A stretch of DNA of 64,000 bases from Bacilli bacterium (GTDB taxonomy: Bacteria; Bacillota_I; Bacilli_A; ML615J-28; CAG-698). This document shows, piece by piece, positions 18,101-27,490 of the stretch. The translations under genes were made by a program, and so were the position numbers. The stretch's first letter is position 1. Every line of letters begins with the position of its first letter. The stretch is taken from assembly GCA_028691515.1 (NCBI GenBank), contig JAQUZE010000004.1, positions 26,667 through 90,666 on the forward strand, read 5' to 3'. Below the pieces are notes generated by a model. It ran no database searches. It had not been told where the DNA came from and saw only the letters and a list, made by a program, of their open reading frames with translations.

Positions 18101-20167
18101 GGAACAATGTTATCTTCATTAATTATTAGTGACACTATTATTGATAAAATAATTGGATTAGGTGATACTGGCGGCAGTTTAGTTGTAAATTTAACAGCAA
18201 CAGATGCAAGATGGTATGACACTGAAACAGAAGATGGTGAAATAAGAAAGCTTATTAAGGCAATAAAAATTTTTATTGATGAAGAGGCTGACTTAAATGA
18301 TTCTAATTCTTTTGACATTAATAAAATTAGAACTTTAACTGATGGTTCAGTTGATCCAAGTGATGATGAAATAGGAACAATGTTATCTTCATTAATTATT
18401 AGTGACACTATTATTGATAAAATAATTGGATTAGGTGATACTGGCGGCAGTTTAGTTGTAAATTTAACAGCAACAGATGCAAGATGGTATGACACTGAAA
18501 CAGAAGATGGTGAAATAAGAAAGCTTATTAAGGCAATAAAAATTTTTATTGATGAAGAGGCTGACTTAAATGATTCTAATTCTTTTGACATTAATAAAAT
18601 TAGAACTTTAACTGATGGTTCAGTTGATCCAAGTGATGATGAAATAGGAACAATGTTATCTTCATTAATTATTAGTGACACTATTATAGATAAAATAATT
18701 GATTTAGGTGATACTAGTGGCACTTTAATTGTTAATTTATCAGTAAATGATCCTAGATGGTATGATACTGAAACAGAAGACGGTGAAATAAGAAAATTAA
18801 TTAAAGCGTTAAAAGTATTAATTGGTGAAGAAGAGGACATTAATAATCCAAGCTCGATAGATGTTAATACAATTAAGACCTTATCAGATGGTTCTATTGA
18901 TCCAAACGATGATGAAATAGGAACAATGTTATCTTCATTAATTATTAGTGACACTATTATTGATAAAATAATTGGATTAGGTGATACTGGCGGCAGTTTA
19001 GTTGTAAATTTAACAGCAACAGATGCAAGATGGTATGACACTGAAACAGAAGATGGTGAAATTAGAAGATTAATTAAAACTTTAAAATTATTGATTGGAG
19101 AAACAGGAGATCTAAATGATCCTTCTGTAATTGACATTGATGAAATAATTAGCTTGGATGAAACAGCAATGAATACTTTAGTGACTTCAATTATTATTGT
19201 AGATACAGCTGTTAATTCGATTGAAGATTTAACTTCCTCAACTGGTTCACTTAATAACATATTAATTGTTCCTGATGATTTAACAAATGAGGATTACTAT
19301 GGAATTAATGGGGAATTGAAAAGGTTCTTAACTGCTGTAAAAACTATTAGAGGTGCAGGAACTTTAGAAAACACAACCTTTAATGTTGATAAATTTTTGG
19401 GAGAAGACCAAGAAACACTTCTTAATTCTAGAATTATTGAAGCATCAGCAATTAGTTATATTTTATCTTCAGATAAATTATTGATTCCAGATAGTGTAAC
19501 ACCATATTATTATTTGTCTAATGAAGATATAGTTTGGGAGAGAACTTATTCTGGAGAAACTTTAGAAGATATTGGAGAATTAAGAAGATTCTTATCAGGA
19601 GTTAAAACTCTTGTTGGCGTAAATACATTTGCTGACTTGGCATTTGATATGAATACAATGTTAGCTATTGATTTTACTGATGTTGTTAAATCAAGAGTAC
19701 TAGAAGCTACAATAACTGATATGGTTACTGAATTAATCGAGACAGGACCTTTAAATGGTTTAATTAAACAACCTAGTAATAATTATCAATGGTATTATCA
19801 TGAAACAAGTAATGACGTAAATGTTGGTCTTATTAGAAGGGGCGAATTTGAATTAACAAATAGCCCAACTTATCAATATTCTGATTTACTTGGATTCTTG
19901 AATGCAATTCAACAAATGGATTCAGTTGGTTTGAATTTTAATTCTGTTGATATGAATACTATTGCAGCAATAAATTCTACAGATTTAGCAACTGCATTTT
20001 GGGATTATTCAAGAATTACTAGAGGTTCAGTTGCAACAATATTGAATTACGTATTAAAAGATGTTAATCATCCATTAAAACCAACATTTACTGATTCACA
20101 GTTTAGTGATAAACAAGATGTAATTGATGGATTAGATATATTTAAATACTTTGTTTCTTTAATGTAA
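15122..20167 (+). CDS. giant membrane-anchored acidic repeat protein with N-terminal CvpA-like (colicin V production family) transmembrane domain
   Basis: The 1681-aa ORF is uninterrupted. The N-terminal ~200 aa has four or more TM helices resembling CvpA (MDIPNVESLFLYFNIAMVVFLVLGALFGFLKGFFKS). The remainder is highly acidic. It consists of repeated ~91-aa modules, each with a W(Y)D...GE(I/V)R(K/R)L(I/V)K core. Confidence 0.7.
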   Translation: MDIPNVESLFLYFNIAMVVFLVLGALFGFLKGFFKSTYNLAVFVGLLIIGIIISPIFVKIILNFDISSVVDVDYDGVIITSLSASITPIAEKIMPELAGKVVPGTEMYELVYQLMVTISRLIFIIVWYFLTISIFKFISWIVYLIIRPRKKNRKKKTLNSRLLGMGIGFVHVVVVMFIISIPMGGITSLAASAQNLIPSNDEGDLAFFEEETPLIDLASGDSDELMTLMIDFSKKLSKDYRKTVIGGISGFIKIDGEGLDERFFSSLFSVKYNKQNIRLTSELKKGLSIYSLIEEKIDEEISIQEVLSLDEETLNYIIDTIKELKIINIIPPVGLEFAYLTGELDMITQEDYQAILTEIKAVNFSNDISSIADVGVKAGKLGLLEKQETDYYLNLDVDKVKELFIGIGSLELLDAIDSFAFDLLLNMPEVNDALINANIDPEEINLSNVSLGDEVTNLGNIYEAFVEMKIAYNDETQTVNLELVSDDSINLFSTAIYESLLFSQNINVLTNILIEQLPAEYRDVLTIDIIEQNDFVSILSLGVILIKTNILSEEFDFTDLFGEETMDKIATHISNSHLLADNINGVLDIILTEADLPFKIDIPEDLTWYGDTGKTELKALLGSARQLFELGIAEENFVENLNSTNIEELSDVMDDSVILMHNMNNLLDFVIGESGINDTVTITIRDIDWESTEGKEEFRNILGSVALIFEAKLLDNPNLAELSDGTIDTNEDGVINEDDDNIINDLAKKLSSSIIIKDNLSSIIDQLVTTEIPDLEFETFTDPDDWTETELDSIFRSVKIIITKENIPEDLFALSENEIDTVLSSRLIGQIFVKTIEKEAEIGGSLHGLLIVQRAEGNWYDQYLGEVRVDGELRKLVKSAKILLGDNPNFDDPDNILDINAILDLTDAKLDELTNSIVLKDSISNQIIDLGNEEIIVVSIPQFDNRWNDEIPNFIKGIKTIVGEEVDLDNLNIDVNNIKNLTDGTVDPSDDEIGTMLSSLIISDTIIDKIIGLGDTGGSLVVNLTATDARWYDTETEDGEIRKLIKAIKIFIDEEADLNDSNSFDINKIRTLTDGSVDPSDDEIGTMLSSLIISDTIIDKIIGLGDTGGSLVVNLTATDARWYDTETEDGEIRKLIKAIKIFIDEEADLNDSNSFDINKIRTLTDGSVDPSDDEIGTMLSSLIISDTIIDKIIDLGDTSGTLIVNLSVNDPRWYDTETEDGEIRKLIKALKVLIGEEEDINNPSSIDVNTIKTLSDGSIDPNDDEIGTMLSSLIISDTIIDKIIGLGDTGGSLVVNLTATDARWYDTETEDGEIRRLIKTLKLLIGETGDLNDPSVIDIDEIISLDETAMNTLVTSIIIVDTAVNSIEDLTSSTGSLNNILIVPDDLTNEDYYGINGELKRFLTAVKTIRGAGTLENTTFNVDKFLGEDQETLLNSRIIEASAISYILSSDKLLIPDSVTPYYYLSNEDIVWERTYSGETLEDIGELRRFLSGVKTLVGVNTFADLAFDMNTMLAIDFTDVVKSRVLEATITDMVTELIETGPLNGLIKQPSNNYQWYYHETSNDVNVGLIRRGEFELTNSPTYQYSDLLGFLNAIQQMDSVGLNFNSVDMNTIAAINSTDLATAFWDYSRITRGSVATILNYVLKDVNHPLKPTFTDSQFSDKQDVIDGLDIFKYFVSLM
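17795..19159 (+). repeat. tandem array of 273-bp (91-codon) coding repeats inside the giant gene; 4 high-identity copies at 18068, 18341, 18614, 18887 plus a diverged leading copy
   Basis: Starts are spaced exactly 273 bp apart. Copies 1 and 2 are near-identical at nucleotide level over the full unit (DG(T/S)VDPSDDEIGTMLSSLIISDTIIDKIIGLGDTGGSLVVNLTATDARWYDTETEDGEIRKLIKAIKIFIDEEADLNDSNSFDINKIRTLT). Copies 3 and 4 share the first half. Confidence 0.85.
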
Positions 20168-20179
20168 ATAAAAAATATA

Positions 20180-20220
20180 AAACCCTTAAGATTTATTAAA
20201 CTTAGGGGTTTTTCTTTTAT
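20180..20220 (+). terminator. Rho-independent terminator after the giant repeat gene
   Basis: The hairpin is AAACCCTTAAG-atttattaaa-CTTAGGGGTTT, followed by TTCTTTTAT. Confidence 0.65.
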
Positions 20221-20322
20221 TATAAAGGTAATTAATTGGAATTATAAAGCTATCTTTTTTGTGTAAAATATGGTATAATAAGCAAAATGATTTAACTGTA
20301 TAAAAGGAGATTTATTTTAATT

Positions 20323-21759
20323 ATGAAAACGATAAGAACAAGATTTGCACCGAGCCCAACTGGATTTATGCATGTTGGTAATCTAAGATCAGCATTGTAT
20401 GCTTTTTTATTTGCTAAGCAAAATAATGGGAAACTAATTTTAAGAATTGAAAATACGGATACAGATAGAGTTGTTCCGGGAGCTGTTGAAGTTATATATA
20501 ATACATGTAAAGCAGCAAAGATTACTTTTGACGAAGGTCCAAATGAAGGTGGAAATTTTGGACCATATGTACAAAGTGAAAGAAAAGAAATATATCAGAA
20601 ACACGCAAAAGAATTAATTGATAAAGGGCATGCATATTATTGTTTTTGTGATAAAGAGAGATTAGCAAATGTCACTTTTATGGGGACACATAGATATGAT
20701 AAACATTGTTTATACTTATCAAAAGAACAAATAGAAGAAAATTTAGCAAAAGGTATTCCGTATACTATAAGACAAAACATCCCAATTGAAGGTGTAAGCG
20801 AGTTTGAAGATTTGGTTTTTGGTAAAATAACAATTCCTAATAAAGAGTTAGAAGATAATGTGCTATTGAAATCTGATGGTATGCCAACATATAATTTTGC
20901 TAATGTTGTTGATGATCATTTGATGGGAATAACTCACGTTATTAGAGGTAATGAATATTTAAGTTCAACTCCAAAATATAATTTTTTATATGATAATTTT
21001 GGTTGGGAAAGACCTGAATATATTCATTTAACTCCAATTATGAAAGATGAAAATAGAAAATTAAGCAAGAGACATGGTGATGCAAATTTTGATGATTTTA
21101 TAAATAAAGGTTATTTAGCTGAAGCCATTGTTAATTATATTGCATTGTTAGGATGGAGTCCTAAAGATAATCAAGAAAAATTTACTATGGAACAACTTAT
21201 AAATAGCTTTTCAGTTTCAGGTTTAAGCAGATCAAGTAGTGTATTTGATGAAGTGAAAATGAAATGGTTAAATGGAGAATATATTAAGGAATTAAGTTTT
21301 GATAACTTTATGAATTATGCTATACCATATTTTGAAAAATCTAATATTAAAGGAAAATATGATTATAATAAATTTGGACATTTATTGCAAAGTAGAATAG
21401 AAACTTTTGGTGAAATCCCTGAAAAAGTAAGTTTTATTACTAATTATCATAAATTTGATAAGAATTTATATTATAATAAAAGATTTAAAATTGATTATAA
21501 TAAAGCAAGAGAAGTTATTGAAATAAGTTTATCTTTATTTAATAAACTTGATAATTGGTTAGATGAAGAATTAAATAATATAATTAACAAAACCGCTGAA
21601 GTATTAGAAATTAAATCAGGTGCTGTATATTCGGTATTGCGCCTTGCAATATCAGGTGTTCAAATTACTCCTGGAGGTGCTGTAGAAATTGCTGATATTT
21701 TAGGAAAAGAAGAAACAATAGAAAGATTGAATAAGGCTTTGAATTGGCTAAGAGATTAA
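20323..21759 (+). CDS. gltX: glutamyl-tRNA synthetase
   Basis: The HIGH-region context is present (RTRFAPSPTGFMHVGNLRSALYAF). A KMSKS-like KLSKRHG is present. Length is 478 aa. Confidence 0.9.
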   Translation: MKTIRTRFAPSPTGFMHVGNLRSALYAFLFAKQNNGKLILRIENTDTDRVVPGAVEVIYNTCKAAKITFDEGPNEGGNFGPYVQSERKEIYQKHAKELIDKGHAYYCFCDKERLANVTFMGTHRYDKHCLYLSKEQIEENLAKGIPYTIRQNIPIEGVSEFEDLVFGKITIPNKELEDNVLLKSDGMPTYNFANVVDDHLMGITHVIRGNEYLSSTPKYNFLYDNFGWERPEYIHLTPIMKDENRKLSKRHGDANFDDFINKGYLAEAIVNYIALLGWSPKDNQEKFTMEQLINSFSVSGLSRSSSVFDEVKMKWLNGEYIKELSFDNFMNYAIPYFEKSNIKGKYDYNKFGHLLQSRIETFGEIPEKVSFITNYHKFDKNLYYNKRFKIDYNKAREVIEISLSLFNKLDNWLDEELNNIINKTAEVLEIKSGAVYSVLRLAISGVQITPGGAVEIADILGKEETIERLNKALNWLRD

Positions 21760-23165
21760 ATATAGGAGAAGATATGCTTAAAAAAGAAGAATTAAAAAAA
21801 ATATTAGATGTATGTTTGGAAACTGGTGGTGATTTTGCTGAATTATATTTTGAAGATACAATTAAAAATAATTATGAATTAACTAGTGGTAAAGTAACAA
21901 GAATTACTACGAATAATTTGTATGGTGCTTCAATTAGAATTTTACATGGAGCAGAAGAGTCATTTGGTTATTCAAGTGATATTAGTTTTGATAGTTTAAT
22001 GACTCTTGCTAAAAAACTTAATGCTAGTTTCAATTATCCAAAATTAGATATTGATTTTGAACTAAAAGAAGAACACACACCAATTATTAATTTACCTGTT
22101 ATTTTACCTAGTTCTTTAAGTAATAAAGATAAGATTAAACATCTAAAGTTGTTAAATAAAGGTATTTTAACTTATAAAAGTGATGAAATTAGCCAAGTAA
22201 TTTGTATGTTATCTGATGAGGAGCAAAGAATTACAGTAGTTAATACATTGAATAAAATGGTTACAGATTTAAGGACTCATATTAGACTTGCAGCAAATGT
22301 TGTGGCAAAAAATGAAGATGTAATGCAAACTGCATTTGATTCTAAAGCTGGCAATCAAGGTTACGAAATGTTTGATGATTTTAATTATGATGATTTTGGC
22401 TATGAAATTGCTAAAACTGCAGTAACTATTCTTCATGCTGATGAAATGGTTGGTGGGAATATGGATGTAGTTTTACATAATGGGTTTGGTGGTGTATTAC
22501 TTCATGAAGCTTGTGTTCATTCACTTGAAGCTACTTCTGTTGCAAAGGGGAATTCTGTTTTTTGTAATAAATTAGGGCAAAAAATTGCTAGTGATATTGT
22601 TACTGCTGTTGATGATGGAACTATTCCTAATGGGTGGGGTTCTTTAAATGTTGATGATGAAGGGAATAAAACACAAAGAAATGTTTTAATTGAAAATGGA
22701 ATTTTAAAATCTTATTTAGTTGATTATAGAAATAGTAAAATTATGAATCACTCAATTACTGGGTCTGGTAGGAGACAGAGTTATAAATATTCTCCAACAT
22801 CTAGAATGACAAATACTTTTTTTACGCCAGGTGAAAGCAAATTTGAAGAAATTATTGAAAATACTAAATTTGGTTTATTTGCCAAGAAAATGGGCGGTGG
22901 ATCAGTAAATCCAACAACAGGGGAATTTAATTTTTCAGTTAATGAAGGATATATGATTGAAGATGGTAAAATTACTAAACCTGTAAGAGGTGCTACACTT
23001 GTGGGGAGTGGTGCATATATTTTAAAAAACATAGATATGATTGCAAATAATTTGGAGTTTTCTTATGGTATGTGTGGTTCTAAGAGTGGTTCTATTCCAA
23101 CAATAGTTGGTCAACCTACAGTTAGAGTTTTAAATCTAACAGTAGGAGGAAGGGGAGAGAAATAA
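21744..23165 (+). CDS. tldD: TldD family metalloprotease
   Basis: The HExxxH zinc motif is present (LHEACVHSLEA). The length and its pairing with the downstream PmbA paralog fit TldD. The true start may be the internal ATG (MLKKEEL) near 21775. Confidence 0.8.
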   Translation: MAKRLNIGEDMLKKEELKKILDVCLETGGDFAELYFEDTIKNNYELTSGKVTRITTNNLYGASIRILHGAEESFGYSSDISFDSLMTLAKKLNASFNYPKLDIDFELKEEHTPIINLPVILPSSLSNKDKIKHLKLLNKGILTYKSDEISQVICMLSDEEQRITVVNTLNKMVTDLRTHIRLAANVVAKNEDVMQTAFDSKAGNQGYEMFDDFNYDDFGYEIAKTAVTILHADEMVGGNMDVVLHNGFGGVLLHEACVHSLEATSVAKGNSVFCNKLGQKIASDIVTAVDDGTIPNGWGSLNVDDEGNKTQRNVLIENGILKSYLVDYRNSKIMNHSITGSGRRQSYKYSPTSRMTNTFFTPGESKFEEIIENTKFGLFAKKMGGGSVNPTTGEFNFSVNEGYMIEDGKITKPVRGATLVGSGAYILKNIDMIANNLEFSYGMCGSKSGSIPTIVGQPTVRVLNLTVGGRGEK

Positions 23166-24475
23166 TGGATTATCAAAAACTTTTTGACTATGGCAAAAAA
23201 ATAGGTTTTGACGATTTAGAAATTGGGATTAGTTATAATGAGTCTCTTTCAATCTCTTTGTTTGAAGGAAAAGTTGAAAAAAATGAAGCTGTTGTTGAGA
23301 AAAGATTTACATTAAAAGGTTTATTAAATGATAAGATGGCTGTTATTTCTTTTGAAGACGAATTTATTAATGAAAAAACACTTATAAAAAAATTAAAAGA
23401 AAATGTTGAGAGTTTAACTTCCGATGAAAAATATGAAATATTCGCTGGTAGTGAAGCTTATCCAGATACTATTAATAGAAATGCAGGATTTAAAAGCATT
23501 TCTTCTTTAGAGAAGATTGAGTTATTAAAGACTTTAGAAAAAGAAATACTTTCTTTAGACGATAGAATTAAAGCTGTTCCTCATTGCTCATATGAAGAAG
23601 ATACTAGTGCTATTCAAATAATTAATAGCAAAGGTTTAAATCTTGAGAAAACAGGAGAATATTGTTTCTTAGTAGCTCAAGCTGTCGCAAAAGATGGAGA
23701 AGAAACACAAGATTCTTTTGAAGTGAAAGCAGTTTTAAAGTATGAGGATTTTGATGTTAAATCTATTGCAAAAAAATTAGTACATGAAGCTATTTCCATG
23801 TTAGGTGCTAAACCAATAAAATCTGGAAAATATCCAATTATTTTTGAAAAGAAAGCTATGAGTTCTCTTTTTGGAGCTTTTAGTTCTCTTTTTAATGGTG
23901 AAGCTGCAATTAAAAAATTAACAACTCTTCTTGGTAAAGAAGGAAAACAAATTATGAATAACAGTATCAATATTATTGAAGATCCTCTTGATTTAAATTT
24001 TTTAAGATATCAACCATTTGATGATGAAGGAGTTGCTACTTATAAAAAGTATATTGTTAAAGAAGGTATTTTTACTTCTTTTATCCATAATTTAAAAACT
24101 GCAAAGTATTTTAATACTAAAACTACAGGAAACGGGTATAATGGTTCAGTTGGTTTTTCTAATGTTTATATTGAAGCAGGAGATAAAAAGTATGATGAAA
24201 TGATTTCTGGTATGGAAGATGGATTATTAATCACTAGTTTATCTGGACTGCACGCAGGTGTAAATCCTATAAGTGGAGATTTTAGTTTGCAATCTTCAGG
24301 ATTTTATATTAAAGATGGAAAAATTGAGAAACCTGTTACTTTAATAGTTGTTTCAGGAAATTTCTTAAAAATGATGAATAATATTGATGAAATAGGTTCT
24401 GATTTAGAACTTAGATATAATGGTATAAGTGCACCTTCTATAAAGGTGAAAAGTTTGCCAGTTTCTGGCGAATAA
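23165..24475 (+). CDS. pmbA: PmbA/TldE family metalloprotease partner
   Basis: It is a paralog of the upstream gene but lacks HExxH. It shares the C-terminal beta-rich region. Stop and start overlap with tldD (ATAATGG), suggesting translational coupling. Confidence 0.75.
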   Translation: MDYQKLFDYGKKIGFDDLEIGISYNESLSISLFEGKVEKNEAVVEKRFTLKGLLNDKMAVISFEDEFINEKTLIKKLKENVESLTSDEKYEIFAGSEAYPDTINRNAGFKSISSLEKIELLKTLEKEILSLDDRIKAVPHCSYEEDTSAIQIINSKGLNLEKTGEYCFLVAQAVAKDGEETQDSFEVKAVLKYEDFDVKSIAKKLVHEAISMLGAKPIKSGKYPIIFEKKAMSSLFGAFSSLFNGEAAIKKLTTLLGKEGKQIMNNSINIIEDPLDLNFLRYQPFDDEGVATYKKYIVKEGIFTSFIHNLKTAKYFNTKTTGNGYNGSVGFSNVYIEAGDKKYDEMISGMEDGLLITSLSGLHAGVNPISGDFSLQSSGFYIKDGKIEKPVTLIVVSGNFLKMMNNIDEIGSDLELRYNGISAPSIKVKSLPVSGE

Positions 24476-24511
24476 AAAGTATTTTTAAGAAATACTTTGT
24501 GAAAGGAAAGA

Positions 24512-26110
24512 ATGAATAATTTTAACAATTTAGAAATACACCCTTTAATATTAAAGGGTATCGAAAAAAAAGAATTTACGGAAATGACTGAAGTACAGGA
24601 AAAGGTATTACCTTTAGCTCTTTCAGGAAATGATATTTTGGCTCAAGCGCCAACAGGAACAGGAAAAACATTAGCTTTTGCTATTCCTATTTTACAAAAG
24701 ATTGATACATCAAAAGATGAATTACAAGCAATTATAATTTCTCCAACAAGAGAGTTAGCTTTGCAAATTACAACTGAAATTAATTCAATAGCATTATATA
24801 TTAAACGATTAAAAATAGTGACAATATATGGTGGAGAATTTATTGGTAAACAAATTAAAGAATTAAGAAAAACTCCGCAAATTATTGTGGCAACACCAGG
24901 TAGGTTATTAGATCATATGTCTAGAGGAAATATAAATTTAAGCGGAATTCAAACTGCTGTTTTTGATGAAGCTGATGAAATGCTTAATATGGGTTTTATT
25001 GAAGATGTAAATTATATTTTAGATCAAATCAAAGGTAAACCACAAATAATGATGTTTTCAGCAACAATTTCCAAAGAAATTGAAAAATTAACTAAGAGTT
25101 ATTTAATTAATGCTGAAACAATTAGAATAAGTAGAAAAGAATTAGTTACACAACAAGTTAAAACTTTTTATATAGAGGTATATCCTGAAGATAAAATTGA
25201 AGTTATGACGCGGATAATAGACATTTATGATTATAAATTAGTAATGGTTTTCTGTAATACAAAAGTTGCTGTTGATGAAGTGACTGCAAAATTATTACAA
25301 AGAGGATATTTAGTTGAAGGTTTACATGGAGACATGAAACAAGAACAACGTGAAAGAGTCATGAATAGATATAGAAGTGGATCTCTTGATATTTTAGTTG
25401 CTTCTGATGTTGCTGCAAGAGGACTTGATATTAATGATATCGATGTTGTATTTAATTATGATGTTCCAACAGATATGGAATATTATATTCACAGAATCGG
25501 AAGAACAGGAAGAGCTAAAGCAGAAGGGAAAGCTATTTCTTTAGTTACAAAAAGAGAAAGGTCAAAATTAAGAGCAATTATGGCTTATACTCGTTCTGAA
25601 ATTACAAAAATGGATATTCCAGATTTGGAAAATGTAATTAAAAAAAGAATTAAAAATTTGATTTTAGAAGCTTCTAAATCAGCATCTTCGGATTCGAAAT
25701 ATCAAAAATATGTAAATGAAGGAATTACAGATTTAAAAAACCAAGGTTATGATCTTGCTGATGTATGTAATGGTTTAATTAAATTGCGATTAAATAATTT
25801 AACTTATGATGAAGTAAATGATCCAAGTAAAGAAAGAAATGTTTTTTCAGGAAAAGAAAATACAAAAACTCGATTATTTATTACACTTGGAAAAAAAGAT
25901 AAAGTTGAAATAAGAGATTTAATAAAATTAATTACAGAAACTACATCAATTAATAATAGAGATATATCTAAAGTTGAAATTCATGATACATTTTCTTTTT
26001 GTGATATACCGACTAGAAAACTAGAAGAATTATTAGAAGCGTTTGAGTTTATTAAGTATAAGGGGAGAAGAGTAAATATTGAAGTAGCCAACCGTAAAAA
26101 AAGAAGATAG
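24512..26110 (+). CDS. DEAD-box ATP-dependent RNA helicase with C-terminal DbpA-type RNA-binding domain
   Basis: The Q motif, Walker A ([13 protein letters not shown]), DEAD (FDEADEM), SAT and [10 protein letters not shown] motifs are present. The C-terminal ~80 aa extension is DbpA/RBD-like. Confidence 0.9.
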   Translation: MNNFNNLEIHPLILKGIEKKEFTEMTEVQEKVLPLALSGNDILAQAPTGTGKTLAFAIPILQKIDTSKDELQAIIISPTRELALQITTEINSIALYIKRLKIVTIYGGEFIGKQIKELRKTPQIIVATPGRLLDHMSRGNINLSGIQTAVFDEADEMLNMGFIEDVNYILDQIKGKPQIMMFSATISKEIEKLTKSYLINAETIRISRKELVTQQVKTFYIEVYPEDKIEVMTRIIDIYDYKLVMVFCNTKVAVDEVTAKLLQRGYLVEGLHGDMKQEQRERVMNRYRSGSLDILVASDVAARGLDINDIDVVFNYDVPTDMEYYIHRIGRTGRAKAEGKAISLVTKRERSKLRAIMAYTRSEITKMDIPDLENVIKKRIKNLILEASKSASSDSKYQKYVNEGITDLKNQGYDLADVCNGLIKLRLNNLTYDEVNDPSKERNVFSGKENTKTRLFITLGKKDKVEIRDLIKLITETTSINNRDISKVEIHDTFSFCDIPTRKLEELLEAFEFIKYKGRRVNIEVANRKKRR

Positions 26111-26120
26111 AGGAAAAATT

Positions 26121-27272
26121 ATGAAAGAGAAGAAACTATTTACATCTGAATCAGTAACTGAAGGTCATCCTGATAAAGTTTGTGATCAAATTGCTGATGC
26201 TATTTTGGATAAAATAATTGAATTCGATCCAAAAAGCCGTGTTGCTTGTGAAGTTTGTGCAACAACCGGTTTAGTATTGGTTATGGGTGAAATAACAACA
26301 AATGCATATATTGATGTTCAAAAAGTTGTTCGTGATACTGTAAGAAATATTGGTTATGATCGAGGGAAAATTGGTTTTGATGCAGATAATGTAGGTGTTT
26401 TAGTATGTATTGATGAGCAATCTCCAGATATTGCTCAAGGAGTAAAAGAAGATTCAAGTGGAGCAGGGGACCAAGGATTAATGTTTGGATATGCTACTAA
26501 TGAAACTAAAGAATATATGCCTATGCCAATTATTTTAGCTCATAAATTAACCAAAAGATTGAGTGAAGTCCGTAAAATGGAATTAGTAAATTATTTGAGA
26601 CCAGATGGAAAAAGTCAGGTTACTGTTGAATACAATAATTTGGGAAATATTATAAGGGTTGATAGTGTAGTTATTTCTGCACAACATGATGAAAAAGTAA
26701 AAATGGAAGATTTGCAAAAATTTATTATAAAAGAAGTAATAGAATATATCATTCCTAAAAACTTTTTAGATAAGGATACAAAATATTTTATTAATCCAAC
26801 TGGAAGTTTTTTCTTTGGTGGTCCAAAAAGTGACACAGGTTTAACAGGCAGAAAAATTATTGTAGATACATATGGTGGCTATTCAAGACATGGTGGTGGT
26901 TCCTTTAGTGGAAAAGATCCAACTAAAGTTGATAGAAGTGCTACATACATGGCAAGATATATTGCTAAAAATTTAGTTGCAGCAGAAGTTGCTGATAAAA
27001 TAGAAGTTGGATTAAGTTATGTTATAGGCATTTCTGAACCAAGCAGTATTTTAGTTGAAACATTTGGAACAGGAAAGTTTTCTGATGATGAGATAATCTC
27101 TTGTATAAGAAATTTATTTCCTTTAAAACCAAGAGATATTATTGACTATTTAGATTTAAGAAAACCTATTTATCAACAAGTTTCAAATTATGGACATTTT
27201 GGAAGAAATGATCTAGAATTAAGTTGGGAACAATTAGATAAAGTTTCAGAAATAAAAAAATATTTAAAATAA
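26121..27272 (+). CDS. metK: S-adenosylmethionine synthetase
   Basis: The N-terminus [24 protein letters not shown] is present. The [16 protein letters not shown] motif is present. Length is 383 aa. Confidence 0.95.
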   Translation: MKEKKLFTSESVTEGHPDKVCDQIADAILDKIIEFDPKSRVACEVCATTGLVLVMGEITTNAYIDVQKVVRDTVRNIGYDRGKIGFDADNVGVLVCIDEQSPDIAQGVKEDSSGAGDQGLMFGYATNETKEYMPMPIILAHKLTKRLSEVRKMELVNYLRPDGKSQVTVEYNNLGNIIRVDSVVISAQHDEKVKMEDLQKFIIKEVIEYIIPKNFLDKDTKYFINPTGSFFFGGPKSDTGLTGRKIIVDTYGGYSRHGGGSFSGKDPTKVDRSATYMARYIAKNLVAAEVADKIEVGLSYVIGISEPSSILVETFGTGKFSDDEIISCIRNLFPLKPRDIIDYLDLRKPIYQQVSNYGHFGRNDLELSWEQLDKVSEIKKYLK

Positions 27273-27299
27273 TACTTTCTATAAGAAAGTATTTTTTTA
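27273..27299 (+). terminator. Rho-independent terminator after metK
   Basis: The hairpin is TACTTTCT-ata-AGAAAGTA, followed by TTTTTTT. Confidence 0.7.
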
Positions 27300-27490
27300 T
27301 ATTTTACTTATTTAGTTATAAATATAAAGTGTTATTACTTATTTTTATTACAAAATCACCAAATTTAGTAGATTATTAATTAATAAAATGTTATACTATA
27401 TTTGTAAACGTTTTATATTGGCAAAAAATTTATAATAGGAGGAAAGTAATAAGGAAAGCCAATATATATAATCCTTATTGCGAAGTTTTT

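Noticed and set aside
17944-19260. 438-aa minus-strand ORF antisense to the giant repeat gene
   Set aside because: It lies entirely within the 273-bp tandem repeat array of the plus-strand gene. The low-complexity Ser/Ile/Leu-rich translation and the absence of an RBS indicate a repeat-induced open frame, not a gene.
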